Shown here: positions 19,386-29,193 of the stretch, piece after piece
Layout of the letters: each line of letters begins with the position of its first letter
Position numbering within the stretch: position 1 is the stretch's first letter
Source: a virus
Lineage: Duplodnaviria > Caudoviricetes
Virus record (IMG/VR): IMGVR_UViG_3300048897_000013
Span: 1 to 41,313 of that record
Strand: one strand, 5' to 3'
Length of the DNA stretch: 41,313 nucleotides
The notes under the pieces: generated by a model
What the model was told of the DNA's origin: nothing
Databases searched by the model: none
Seen by the model: only the letters and a program-made list of their open reading frames with translations
Program-made: the position numbers and the translations under genes

Positions 19386-19605
19386 AAGAAATAGATGATC
19401 TAATCTAGAGTCAGTCACACAGCCATTATCTGATGGCGTAACTCCACCCACACATGAATTTGAGACCACACTTGAGACAACTTGTCCATGTGGCAATCAA
19501 ACATATCAACCAAAAACAATCCAAATATTGCGAGACTATGAATCACCAATGCGTATCAACGCGTGTGATAAATGTGGTCGTCCTCAGATGTGGACGCGTA
19601 TTTAA
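19375..19605 (+). CDS. Zn-finger-like protein, 76 aa (TTG start, TGA=Trp at 19396)
   Basis: GAGG RBS; CPCG...CDKCG. Confidence 0.45.
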
Positions 19606-19662
19606 TTATTTATTGAAAATCTTCTTGACGTATTGTGATAAAATATCATATACATCTGATAT

Positions 19663-19926
19663 ATGAACGAACAAATACGCGATACATATAACGAGATAAC
19701 GATTTCCAAACTTGGGACGGTCTACACGGCATCATATTATAAGAAGATGACTGGCGGGATTGAATGCGAGACCGGTGAAGTTGTCAAATTGTTTGATGGT
19801 TTCATTGATGCGTTAATGGATGGTAAAAAGAAATTAACGATCGAACAAGTCGGCAATTCACTTGTGCCATTGTTTAAATTGAATCTAGAAGCAGATGAAA
19901 CAAAAACGGTTAAATCAAATGATTAG
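19663..19926 (+). CDS. Hypothetical protein
   Basis: Clean ORF downstream of a TTGACG -35-like hexamer. Confidence 0.5.
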   Translation: MNEQIRDTYNEITISKLGTVYTASYYKKMTGGIECETGEVVKLFDGFIDALMDGKKKLTIEQVGNSLVPLFKLNLEADETKTVKSND

Positions 19927-20025
19927 TTTTAAATTAGATATGGATTCAGAAGATTGTTTTGTAACGGTCGTGTGTATAGCCGCGGGATCTTGTTTGGTGT
20001 GTTTTCTTTATTCGATGGTTTCGTA

Positions 20026-20499
20026 ATGACTGAATTAATATACAGACCACCGACATTTTGATACGAACACCGGTTTTCATTCCTTGAAGAGCAATGAACA
20101 CTTGGCGTCAAGTTTGCCCAATGTAATGCAATATTAAATGATTCGTGGGTTGTTAATTTAAGAGATGTACCGAAACCACCTAGCTATTCGGATAGAATAC
20201 AATCAATATGCGGGAATCTTAAAGACGACCAAAGAGAATACAATATGCGAAAATATAACATGATAAATAAGGAACCAAAATTAATGTTCAATACAGAAGA
20301 AGTAGAATTCATTGCTGAAACAGCCAAGAAAGATTTGTTGTCAATCAACGCTAAGATTGAATCGATGGTCAACGATTTGGCGCGAGTCGGTAAGAATCTG
20401 TCAGATATTAAAGTTGTTAAATCGAAACTAGAAAGCATCATATCAGCAATTGAAGAGTCTAAAAGCAATACTACGCGCATAACATCGAGATGTTGTTAA
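20026..20499 (+). CDS. Hypothetical coiled-coil protein (TGA=Trp at 20059 and 20095)
   Basis: TAATG-coupled start in frame with ORF 20245-20499. Confidence 0.45.
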
Positions 20500-20696
20500 T
20501 GGGTTACGTATCAATGCTGTATTCTAATAATGCCGAGAAGGAAAGGCGTGGTATAGATCGTCGTAGAAATGAGCTGGAATACACTAGATTGGAAGATCAT
20601 TTGCCGGGTGAGCGAATGGTTAATCGTGCCATTTGGGGGACTGATTATAATCCCAAAGATGTTGCATTTGGATATTGAACACTGAGAACATATTAA
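20499..20696 (+). CDS. Hypothetical protein (ends TGA 20678 or TAA 20696)
   Basis: TAATG coupling. Confidence 0.4.
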
Positions 20697-20751
20697 TAAT
20701 AATTTACTGTTGTTGAGATGCCGTTTGGTAGTACCGGCTAAATTAATACCA

Positions 20752-20821
20752 GCCCCATTAGCTCAGTAGAAGAGCACGGCATAATAAGCTATGGTCATTG
20801 GTGCAAATCCAATATGGGGCT
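20752..20821 (+). tRNA. Atypical/degenerate tRNA, anticodon AAT (Ile-like)
   Basis: GCCCCAT/ATGGGGC acceptor, GCTC/GAGC D-stem, ATTGG-TGCAAAT-CCAAT T-arm; short mismatched anticodon stem. Confidence 0.6.
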
Positions 20822-20900
20822 ATACAGGAGATAATATGATAATTGAGAATCTAATAGTTGTGTTGATTATTGTGATGATCTTAAAGATGGTTACTGAGTA

Positions 20901-21353
20901 ATGCAATATATAATGATATTTATTGCTTATTTTGTTACTGGAATAGCAATTGCAGTTATATTAGCATTTACCGCAATATTTATTAAAACGGTATATGATT
21001 ATTTAACAGATAAAAAAGGAAGTGAAGATATGTGTTATGATAGTTTGGGTCGCAATTTGCATGATATGGAAGCTGTACAAGTATGGCGTAGACGTGCTGA
21101 ATGGGCTGAAAGTAGATTAGAGAATTTGACGAAAAATCAATATTGTAAAGTAGAAGACAAGCTGCCATCTACCAAAGGCCAGTATGTTGTTATTGGAAAG
21201 GCATTTTCCACTAGCGATACTTCAAAGATTGCGATGTGTACTTTTGATCCAAATATGGGTTGGAGTGGAAATTGTGACTATGTGACCGCATGGAGAGAGT
21301 TTAATGAAGATGAAAATAATCTATTAAAAGAAGCTGTGAAGAAGTCTAAGTAG
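20901..21353 (+). CDS. Membrane-anchored protein with DUF551-like C-terminus
   Basis: N-terminal TM; V.D.LP...Y.V...VTAW pattern. Confidence 0.5.
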   Translation: MQYIMIFIAYFVTGIAIAVILAFTAIFIKTVYDYLTDKKGSEDMCYDSLGRNLHDMEAVQVWRRRAEWAESRLENLTKNQYCKVEDKLPSTKGQYVVIGKAFSTSDTSKIAMCTFDPNMGWSGNCDYVTAWREFNEDENNLLKEAVKKSK

Positions 21354-21361
21354 TTAGATAC

Positions 21362-21453
21362 GCAATAGTGGCAGAGTGGCTTAATGCACCCGACGTCTAA
21401 TCGGGAGATATGGGAGGCATCCCTATCCGCAGGTTCGAATCCTGCCTATTGCA
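21362..21453 (+). tRNA. Class II (long variable arm) tRNA with loop CGTCTAA (anticodon TCT, G at position 33)
   Basis: GCAATAG/CTATTGC, CCCGA/TCGGG, 23-nt variable arm, GCAGG-TTCGAAT-CCTGC, discriminator A. Confidence 0.8.
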
Positions 21454-21458
21454 AGCGT

Positions 21459-21532
21459 GCCGGTCAAGTACGCAAATGGTGCGCGTGTGGTCTCCAAAAC
21501 CGATGTAGTGGGTTCGATTCCTACGGCCGGCG
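21459..21532 (+). tRNA. trnW: tRNA-Trp(CCA) with non-canonical D-arm and G27.A43 mismatch
   Basis: GCCGGTC/GGCCGGC acceptor, loop CTCCAAA, GTGGG-TTCGATT-CCTAC, discriminator G. Confidence 0.8.
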
Positions 21533-21562
21533 AATGTGTTAATTAAAATAAAGGGAGATAAT

Positions 21563-21739
21563 ATGACAGACTTATATATGTGTACAGAGAAGCCTGATTA
21601 TGTTGGAGAAGTCGCTTTTGATATTGTTTCAACAAAAGCGATGGCAGCAAGGCGATTAGAAATGGGCGAACGTGTATTCCAATTACCGGGCATGGTAGAG
21701 ATCACATCGGCAGATATTAAATTAATTCAAGGAGAGTAA
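21563..21739 (+). CDS. Small protein, paralogue 1
   Basis: GGGAG RBS; RVFQLPGMVEITSADI. Confidence 0.65.
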   Translation: MTDLYMCTEKPDYVGEVAFDIVSTKAMAARRLEMGERVFQLPGMVEITSADIKLIQGE

Positions 21740-21740
21740 T

Positions 21741-21950
21741 ATGGCACAATTGTATTTTGTAATCATGGACAATAGTTCTGGTCAACATCAAGGATTATTT
21801 GGCGGTCAAAGAGAACATCCAGAATTCTACACCAGCAGCAAATCAAAAGTTGCAGAAGCGTTAAGTGGTGGTGAAAATAAGTTGAAGGCGAGAGTATTTC
21901 TGTTTCCACAACTAACAGAGATTACATCCGCTGAAATCAATTTAGCGTAG
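21741..21950 (+). CDS. Small protein, paralogue 2
   Basis: GGAG RBS; RVFLFPQLTEITSAEI. Confidence 0.65.
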   Translation: MAQLYFVIMDNSSGQHQGLFGGQREHPEFYTSSKSKVAEALSGGENKLKARVFLFPQLTEITSAEINLA

Positions 21951-21956
21951 TGAATA

Positions 21957-22029
21957 GCCACAGTAGCTCAGTCGGTTAGAGATGCTGTAAAAAGCTAAGA
22001 GGTCGTGGGTTCGAGTCCCACCTGTGGCA
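21957..22029 (+). tRNA. tRNA-like gene with scrambled anticodon arm (identity undetermined)
   Basis: Perfect GCCACAG/CTGTGGC acceptor and GTGGG-TTCGAGT-CCCAC T-arm; TAGCTCAGTCGGTTAGAG D-arm; no proper anticodon stem. Confidence 0.65.
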
Positions 22030-22032
22030 TTT

Positions 22033-22104
22033 GTCTTATTAGTATAACGGCTAACATTCCATCCTGTCACGATGGAGAAGATGGTTCGACTCCATCATAA
22101 GACG
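22033..22104 (+). tRNA. trnD: tRNA-Asp(GTC)
   Basis: GTCTTAT/ATAAGAC, CCATC-CTGTCAC-GATGG, GATGG-TTCGACT-CCATC, G73. Confidence 0.9.
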
Positions 22105-22111
22105 ATAAACA

Positions 22112-23281
22112 TTAGTCTTTATACGGATCAAAGTTTCTTTCATCTGCCATACATACACCAATCGGTTTTAATTTCTGGACGATCTTTACGGTGTCTCTAT
22201 GCGCGTGTAAGACTTGCTCTATGCGACGATAGACATGTGGAGATTCATCAACCCCACCGCCTCGCAACTCAACGTCGAACTTAGTGACCCATGCATCCAT
22301 ATCGGATTGCGAAACCAGTCCCGGCCTAATAACCTCACCCGTCTTGCGATTATACTTTCCTTTGGCTTGCAGACGACCCATGATGCGCCCAGCTCCGTGA
22401 ATAGTCGAGCGTAACGATAAGATACTATCATCTGACTCAATTCCTTCCAATATGAAACTATAGTCTCCCATTGAACCGCCAACAAAACTCTGTGAGCCGA
22501 TATTGTTAGGTGTTGAACCTTTACGGACGACCCATAAATCTTCTCTAAAATGATTTTCTTTCCAAGCGAAGTTGTGATGATTGTGAACTTCCTCGATGAT
22601 ATTCCCTTGTAGGATTCTGGCAACACGAGAACAAACCCAATCTCTCCCGGCATACGCGTATCTGCCAGCCAGTTCCATACACTTAAGATACTGCTCGCCA
22701 AGATCTGAGTTTTCGTCAAATATAACTGGTGCTGCGTGTACTCCATCAACTCCTCCTCCGGCTTTTATAAAATGAGTAGCAATTGAATGGCCGAGACCGC
22801 GGCTCCCAAAGTGACACCCGACCCAAATCCGATCATCGCCATCCACAAACACATCCACATAATGGTTGCCCGATCCGACTGTTCCGAGTTGTGCAACTGC
22901 TTTGTCTTTAAGATGCCGTAAGATACCAATATGACCCCATAACTCATCATCAAAAATGTCATGTTCAACCCGTTCGTTATTCTTCCGGCCAACACCAAAA
23001 GATATATGTTTTTGTATCTCGTTCATATTTCGGTAGATGTTCTGACGTACTGTATAGGTATCACAATCTAAGCGTACGGCTTTGTTGCCACACGCGATAT
23101 CGTACCCCACGCCATTCACGTTTATATGCCCCTTGTAGCCCGCAACGCCACCGACTGGCATACTATAGCCAAGATGTCCGTCAGCGCATAGAACAGCCCT
23201 AGAAACGCGTTCATCGTCACAAATAGCGTTCATCTGCGCTATCGTTTGTGGTTCATGATCTCCAAAGATCTTCAGCTTCAT
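22112..23281 (-). CDS. rtcB: RtcB RNA ligase, 389 aa
   Basis: D.H.GY..PVG, VGYDI.CG, LGT.G.GNHY, H.GSRG.G, HN.A, RKG.T, GSMG, HGAGR, DE.P..Y motifs; GGAG RBS. Confidence 0.95.
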   Translation of the reverse strand: MKLKIFGDHEPQTIAQMNAICDDERVSRAVLCADGHLGYSMPVGGVAGYKGHINVNGVGYDIACGNKAVRLDCDTYTVRQNIYRNMNEIQKHISFGVGRKNNERVEHDIFDDELWGHIGILRHLKDKAVAQLGTVGSGNHYVDVFVDGDDRIWVGCHFGSRGLGHSIATHFIKAGGGVDGVHAAPVIFDENSDLGEQYLKCMELAGRYAYAGRDWVCSRVARILQGNIIEEVHNHHNFAWKENHFREDLWVVRKGSTPNNIGSQSFVGGSMGDYSFILEGIESDDSILSLRSTIHGAGRIMGRLQAKGKYNRKTGEVIRPGLVSQSDMDAWVTKFDVELRGGGVDESPHVYRRIEQVLHAHRDTVKIVQKLKPIGVCMADERNFDPYKD

Positions 23282-23404
23282 ATTATCTCCTTTTGGATGG
23301 AATCTACCACACAATCATTATGAGATCAATGAAATAAATATCGTGACAATATTTATGAGATATGTGTAACATGCGATTATACAAACCATTATCATATGGT
23401 ATCT

Positions 23405-23629
23405 ATGACTATTATCAAGAATTCTGCCCAATGCACACATTGCGGTGACATCCTAGTTAGCACACATCGCCATCATTGAGTCTCATGCACATGTTGAGAT
23501 GATCCTACGTGTCATGATGACATCACACGCAAGCACGGCATATTTGTTGATGGTGGCAATGTTTATCTTAGATTCGGATTCGCCAATCGTGACGAATTCA
23601 TTGACTTATCAATTGAAACCCCGGAATAA
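23405..23629 (+). CDS. Zn-ribbon protein (C..CGD...S..RH...C.C....VDGG..YLR family), 74 aa (TGA=Trp at 23477 and 23495)
   Basis: Recognisable family pattern appears only on read-through. Confidence 0.7.
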
Positions 23630-23632
23630 AAA

Positions 23633-23878
23633 ATGGAAGAAGAGAAAAAACCAGAACTAACACTGAAGATGGTCTTGAAGTGTGGTCAAGTATTTGCGTT
23701 ACACACGAATGAAGAAGATGTCCCGACTCTAATGTACGGTAGAGAATTCATTAAGATGAATGATAAATTCAATGATATCTTCGTGGCAATTGAAGACATA
23801 TCAGCATTTGAAATTTTGAATTATCGTAAAGAACCTACTGCGGAGCCTGTAGATGCACAAAGACCCGAATCGGTTTAA
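23633..23878 (+). CDS. Hypothetical protein
   Basis: Clean ORF. Confidence 0.55.
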   Translation: MEEEKKPELTLKMVLKCGQVFALHTNEEDVPTLMYGREFIKMNDKFNDIFVAIEDISAFEILNYRKEPTAEPVDAQRPESV

Positions 23879-24074
23879 AGGGAATTGTAACAATTGCGGG
23901 GTGCCTGATCTTTTGTATTACTACGAGCATGTCTTGCACGGTATAGCACTTTGCGAGGATTGTGCAGACTTGCCCGTCAATAAAATACGTAAGTGCAACT
24001 CGTCCGTGAATTGAGTCAAATTCAATGGCGAGTTCTATCCACCCAATCACGCCAAAATTCTCAACAAAAAATAA
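23853..24074 (+). CDS. Zn-finger-like protein, 73 aa (one TGA=Trp)
   Basis: GGAG RBS; CNNC...CEDC; ends 4 nt before TerL. Confidence 0.5.
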
Positions 24075-24078
24075 TACA

Positions 24079-25569
24079 ATGCAAGTAGACGAAAAAGAAG
24101 CCGTCAAGCTGTTGTCTAATAAGTTATGGCGCATATCAAATCTCTATTACATTAAAGATAAATCTGGTAACAAAGTTCTATTTAAGCCAAACTGAGCGCA
24201 ATTAGAATTAATGAAACCACATTATCTTAATATTATTCTTAAGGCTCGTCAATTAGGCGTGACAACTTTTCACGCCCTGCTGTTCCTAGATGCGTGTTTA
24301 TTTAACGACAACGTGAACGCCGCCATAATAGCAGACACTAAGCCAAACGCGAAAGAGATATTCGTTGACAAAGTAAAATTTGCTTATGATAGTCTTCCTG
24401 AATGACTTAGAAACATGACACCTGCTAAAAGGGATAACGTAAATGAATTACGATTTGAGAACGGATCGGTTTTCCGAGTTGGTACAAGTCTTCGCAGCGG
24501 GACGTTGCAATTACTTCACATTACTGAATTCGCCAAGATCTGTGTGGAGAACCCGCGTAAAGCGAATGAGATTATATCTGGTGCTATTAATACATTGCAG
24601 GCGGGTCAGTTCTGCTGCATTGAATCCACTGCGCGCGGACGGGGCGGTTCATTTTACAATATGTGTAAGAAAGCGATGGATATGGCGTCAGAAGGCGCGC
24701 ATCTAAGTAAACTGGATTGGAAGTTCTGATTTTTTTCGTGATATAAACATCCGGAATATTCATTGGATACGACCGGTATCGTGCTGACACAAGAACAAAT
24801 AGAATATTTCTTGAAGATTGAATCTGAAATCGGTCTGAAATTAACCGAAGGTCAAAAGGCTTGATACGTCAAAAAAGCTGAAACACAAGGCGAGTTTATG
24901 ATGAGAGAATACCCAAGCACGCCAGAAGAATCGTTCATGGCTGCTAACGAGGGATTGTATTGGGGTCAACAGATGACTAAAGCCCGTGGTGAAAGACGTA
25001 TATGTCATCTACCGCATGATGAACATTCATTGACATATAGTAGCTGAGATATCGGTATTGGTGATTCTACCGCTATTTGAGTATGACAATTGGTCGGGAA
25101 AGAGATTCATTTCTTGAACTATTATGAGAACTCTGATGAATCTCTGGTTCATTATGTGAATTGGTTGAAGAAACTACCATATGCCATTGAGAAACATTAT
25201 ATGCCACATGATGCCGGTGCTCGTGAAAAGGGATCTGGTAAATCGTATGCCGATATCGCTAGAGGACTCGGTCTTAAAGTCGAGATAGTCCCATTAGATC
25301 GCAATGAGATGTTTGGTATCGAAGCAGTCCGTAATATGTTCCCTCGATTCTGGTTTGATCAATCTAAATGCGACAAGGGTCTGAAAGCAATCGATTCATT
25401 CAAGAAAGAATGGAATGACAAATTGGGTGTCTACCGCGAGAAATCGCTGCACGATTGGGCGTCCCACGGAGCCAAAGCATTGATCTATGGAGCGGAAGCA
25501 ATCGAGAGAATGGGTGTTGGTCGTGGACTGACTGCTGAAGAATGGAAACGACTAAGGAACTCAATATAA
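24079..25569 (+). CDS. terL: Terminase large subunit, 496 aa (8 TGA=Trp at 24193, 24403, 24727, 24739, 24862, 25045, 25078, 25084)
   Basis: ILKARQLG.TT, LH.TE.A, ESTA.G..G.F, FF.W...P.Y, Q..WY..K, EYP..P.E.F, WDIG..D.TAIW..Q, PHD, HDW.SH. Confidence 0.95.
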
Positions 25570-25793
25570 TGGATATTACCGATGAAAGACCAATGTTACG
25601 AACCGTCAAAATCTGCAGAAACTGTAGACACTTCGCTGCGTACGTATATGAGAATGTCGCTGATGGAATTGCGGATCAGTTGACTTCTGATTATGGAGAA
25701 TGCCGAAGATTTCCTCCGGTGATTATCGAAATGGAAGAATCGAATTTTCCAGTGGTAGAAGAGAATACATGGTGTGGTGAATTCGACTTTTAA
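25569..25793 (+). CDS. Small Cys-rich protein (C..C.H...GECRR.PP...WCGEF)
   Basis: TAATG coupling; recognisable small phage family. Confidence 0.7.
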   Translation: MDITDERPMLRTVKICRNCRHFAAYVYENVADGIADQLTSDYGECRRFPPVIIEMEESNFPVVEENTWCGEFDF

Positions 25794-25833
25794 TACAATT
25801 ATTTGATAATGGTGGTTCAAACCAACGGAATTT

Positions 25834-27858
25834 ATGTACGAACCCCAATCGAATGATAAAGTCTTTTTATTCAATCAATTCTTCTATGACTGTTTTCGAG
25901 TCTGAGGACCGTATTACGCATCCGCGTATAAAGATCTAAGATCATACTCCGGTAGCAACTGAACGCAAACAGAGCGTACCGCGCTTGAACAACAGAAGCG
26001 TATGGTCTTGGAATTAAACAAGATTAGACGTGTTGTTAATTTATATTCGGGATTTGAACGTGAAAATAGAATGTCCACCGTTGTCGCTCCAATCGAGGAC
26101 TCTGACGAAGAGACAGCCGACATCTTATCTGACGTCATGCTTTATGTGTACGATAAGGGAGATGCACACCATGTGGTCTCGGAAGCGTTCGAGCATTCGT
26201 TGAAGACAGGTCTCGCGATTGTTGGAATATACGTGGACTATACAAAAGACAAAGTGAATGGCGATCTCAAATTCTATTGGAAGCCGTTCAACGCAATCAT
26301 GTTGGACCCCTATTTCACAAAACGCGACTTGTCAGATTGCGATCAAGCATCTACACGCGATCTATTAAGCCGACAACAAGTAAAGTGTATGATGCCGTGG
26401 ATCGATCCATCTATCATAGACAACTTGCCAACGGGTCTGCGAGACAACAAATATCAATACATGGGTATGTATCGTCAATTCAATTCGACATATATCGCCC
26501 GCAATTTGCTGACATATGATCAACACTGGGTTCGCGTTAACAAACCACAGAAATTCTTGGTCGATGAATTAACAGGAGTCACCAAGGAGTGAAATGGAAC
26601 ACCAGAAGAAGAATCAACAATTCAAGAAGTCTTACGAGAAAACCCCGAACTCAAACTTATTAACTCCTACAAGAGAACAATCGAACTTAATATCATTGTG
26701 GGTGGTCGCTTGTTGTATAGCGGTCCTGACCCTACTGGCCTCGATGATTTCCCTTTTGTAGCGATCCTAGCATACTTTGAACCACTATTAGATATCGTAG
26801 AGCTTAAGATTCAAGGACTTGTGAAATCGATATCTGATGCACAACGTCAATATAATCGTCGCCATTCTCAAATAATCGACCTGATGGAAAGTGTAATCAA
26901 CACCGGATGGATCTCTAAGAATGGTGCTGTGGTTGATCCGACGATGTTATTACAATCGGGACAATCAAGAAACGTAGTGTTAAACGATGGATTCGACGTC
27001 AATGCAGACATCCGTGAAATCAATCCTCCTCAAGTCCCGCCCGGTTATCTCCAATACCAAGACATTATCGACAAGAATATCATGGAGATACCGGGAGGTT
27101 CGGAAGAGCTGCTGGGGATATCATCCACTGGCGACTCGCAAGTATCTGGCAGATTGGCTGAAGTCCGAGCGTCGAACGGTCTGAAAGGCAATAGAGGCTT
27201 ATTCGATAACCTTGAGATGTCATTAAAATGGCTTGGCAAGCTGGTCATGCAAGCAATCCAAATCAATTTCACTCCCGGCAAAGTCTGAAGAATTACCAAC
27301 CGAGATCCAACTGAAGAATTCTTCTCTGGTGAATTCGGTCAATACGACTCCGTAATCAAACAAGCTGTTTTGACGCAGACTCAAAAAGCTGCTTACTATT
27401 ATCAATTATTGCAATTGCGAGAAATCGGCATTGCTATTCCAGACGACGAGATCGTTGACGCTGCACCACTCCAAGGCAAGACAAGACTAAGAGAGAAGAT
27501 GGCACAAGTTGCCGAGCAACAAGCCCAAGCGCAACAAGTCGAAATGGAAATCATGAATCGTCAAGCCAAGTTGGAAGAATCTCAAATCGACAACAATCTG
27601 GCATTGGCTCAAGAACGCAGAGCGCGTGTGATCGCTGATATCGGATTGGCTAAAGAACGTGAATCTGAAGTGACACAAAACAATGCGAAAGCTCTGTTGG
27701 ATAACGTACGCGCGTATGCAGAGATTGAAAATATGGATCGTACACATCTGTTGGATGTCATGAAATTGACACACGATATGAAGATTGCCGAACAACAACA
27801 AGCTGATCAACAGATTCAAACAGATATTCAAAAAACTGAGCAACTGAAAGCTCAATAA
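25834..27858 (+). CDS. P22-like portal protein, 674 aa (TGA=Trp at 25903, 25960, 26590, 27286)
   Basis: D...Y.G.N-W...L..N.I...VN..SG; DP......DLSD; G.V....D.Q..YN...S; helical Gln-rich C-terminus. Confidence 0.9.
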
Positions 27859-27885
27859 CAACAATTCAGAAACCAAGGAAACAAA

Positions 27886-28128
27886 ATGGCACAAAAGATG
27901 GCGAACATGACTGGATATTCTTCCGGCTATGTACCACCAAAAGGGTCGGCTGGATCTGCTGCAAAAGGCGAATACAGTCACCAAAGCAATCCAAAATCTG
28001 TACCACGCAAGGGATCTTCTCTAGCCGGTGATATGGGTTATGCGCAGAACGCAGATCGTAACAAAGTGATGGGTCTTAAAAACTCCCAAGCGATGAACGA
28101 AAACTTACGTGGGCAAGCCGGATGCTAA
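27886..28128 (+). CDS. Small Gly/Ser-rich protein
   Basis: AAGGA RBS. Confidence 0.6.
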   Translation: MAQKMANMTGYSSGYVPPKGSAGSAAKGEYSHQSNPKSVPRKGSSLAGDMGYAQNADRNKVMGLKNSQAMNENLRGQAGC

Positions 28129-28484
28129 TACTACCCCAAGATGCACAAATAAGAGCACACAATGACGCTCGCAAAGGGCTGACTAGCCACTTCAACTCTG
28201 AGATGGAGAAGATATTAAACGCGAACTCAAAGAAAGACACTTATTGGATTCTTGGGAAAGTCCGTTTTCCAGAAGAAGACGGTGGCAATATCGGTAAGAC
28301 ATTCTTAGAAGCTTCGGATGTAAAACCTCCGTTGATCAAAAGTTCGTTCGTTTACGAAGTAGATAATAAACGCGGTGTAAAAACGTTGTTATGGGTTCTG
28401 AATCCCGATGGTACGTTACGTCTACCGACACTAAATAAGACGTTAAAAGTCCAGAAGAACGACAAAAAAGGTGTAATCGTCTAG
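28122..28484 (+). CDS. Hypothetical head-region protein
   Basis: Clean overlapping ORF. Confidence 0.6.
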   Translation: MLILPQDAQIRAHNDARKGLTSHFNSEMEKILNANSKKDTYWILGKVRFPEEDGGNIGKTFLEASDVKPPLIKSSFVYEVDNKRGVKTLLWVLNPDGTLRLPTLNKTLKVQKNDKKGVIV

Positions 28485-28533
28485 ACCACCACTAGACACT
28501 GCCGCCGGGTTACGGGCGATTAACGGGTGTAAA

Positions 28534-29178
28534 ATGACAGAAGACGAACAGATTCCTGACTCCGAGGATGTAATAGATGACGTTGGGGAACAACAAGAAA
28601 TACAGAAGCCACCGGCTCGTATGGTTCCCTTGGAGGCTCTAGAAGCCGAGCGTACAAAGAGACAAGATTTAGAATCACAAAATCGCGCTCTACAAGAATT
28701 CATGCTGAAATCAAAACAACCAGAACCTGAAGAAGATGATGGTGATGATGATGATTTCATTACAAAAGCTGAGATGACAAGACGCCTACAAACGGCAACA
28801 TTCTCTCAGAAGCGTGAGATCTTAGAGGAGGCATTCTGTCAATCAAGACCAGATGCCGTCGAGATGATAAATCAGAACTTAGAACAGATTATCAAAACCC
28901 ACCCCTGACTCGCACAATCAATCGAATCAGCTCCGAATCGTTACGAACGAGCATATCAAATCGTAAATTCGATGACTCCAAAAGAAAACTCCGCACCAGC
29001 CAAAAAGTTCTCACAACCACAAGCTGATGCGAAACGAATCGTAGAGAATTCCCAAAAGCCGGGTAATCCTGCAACGATCACAAAGTCATCCCAAGGTAGC
29101 AATGTTGACTATATGAAGTCAATACAAGGCAAGCCAGAATTCAGAGAATATCGAAGAAAAATGTTGTCTGGGGGCTAA
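28534..29178 (+). CDS. Capsid scaffolding protein, 214 aa (TGA=Trp at 28906)
   Basis: VPL.AL..ER.KRQ coiled coil; P-W-LA..I..APN.Y..AY; directly precedes the capsid gene. Confidence 0.75.
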
Positions 29179-29193
29179 TAAGGAAGCCACCCA

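Noticed and set aside
21394-21400. Calling the class II tRNA an amber (CTA) suppressor
   Set aside because: Stem geometry centres TCT, and TAG is used as a normal stop throughout; kept only as an alternative hypothesis
22219-22749. 176-aa alternative-frame ORF inside rtcB
   Set aside because: Fully nested in rtcB with no RBS or motif support
28900-28910. TGA use explained by CCWGG avoidance or a fixed 3' context
   Set aside because: I noticed only one sense TGA following CC, and sense TGAs are followed by all four bases
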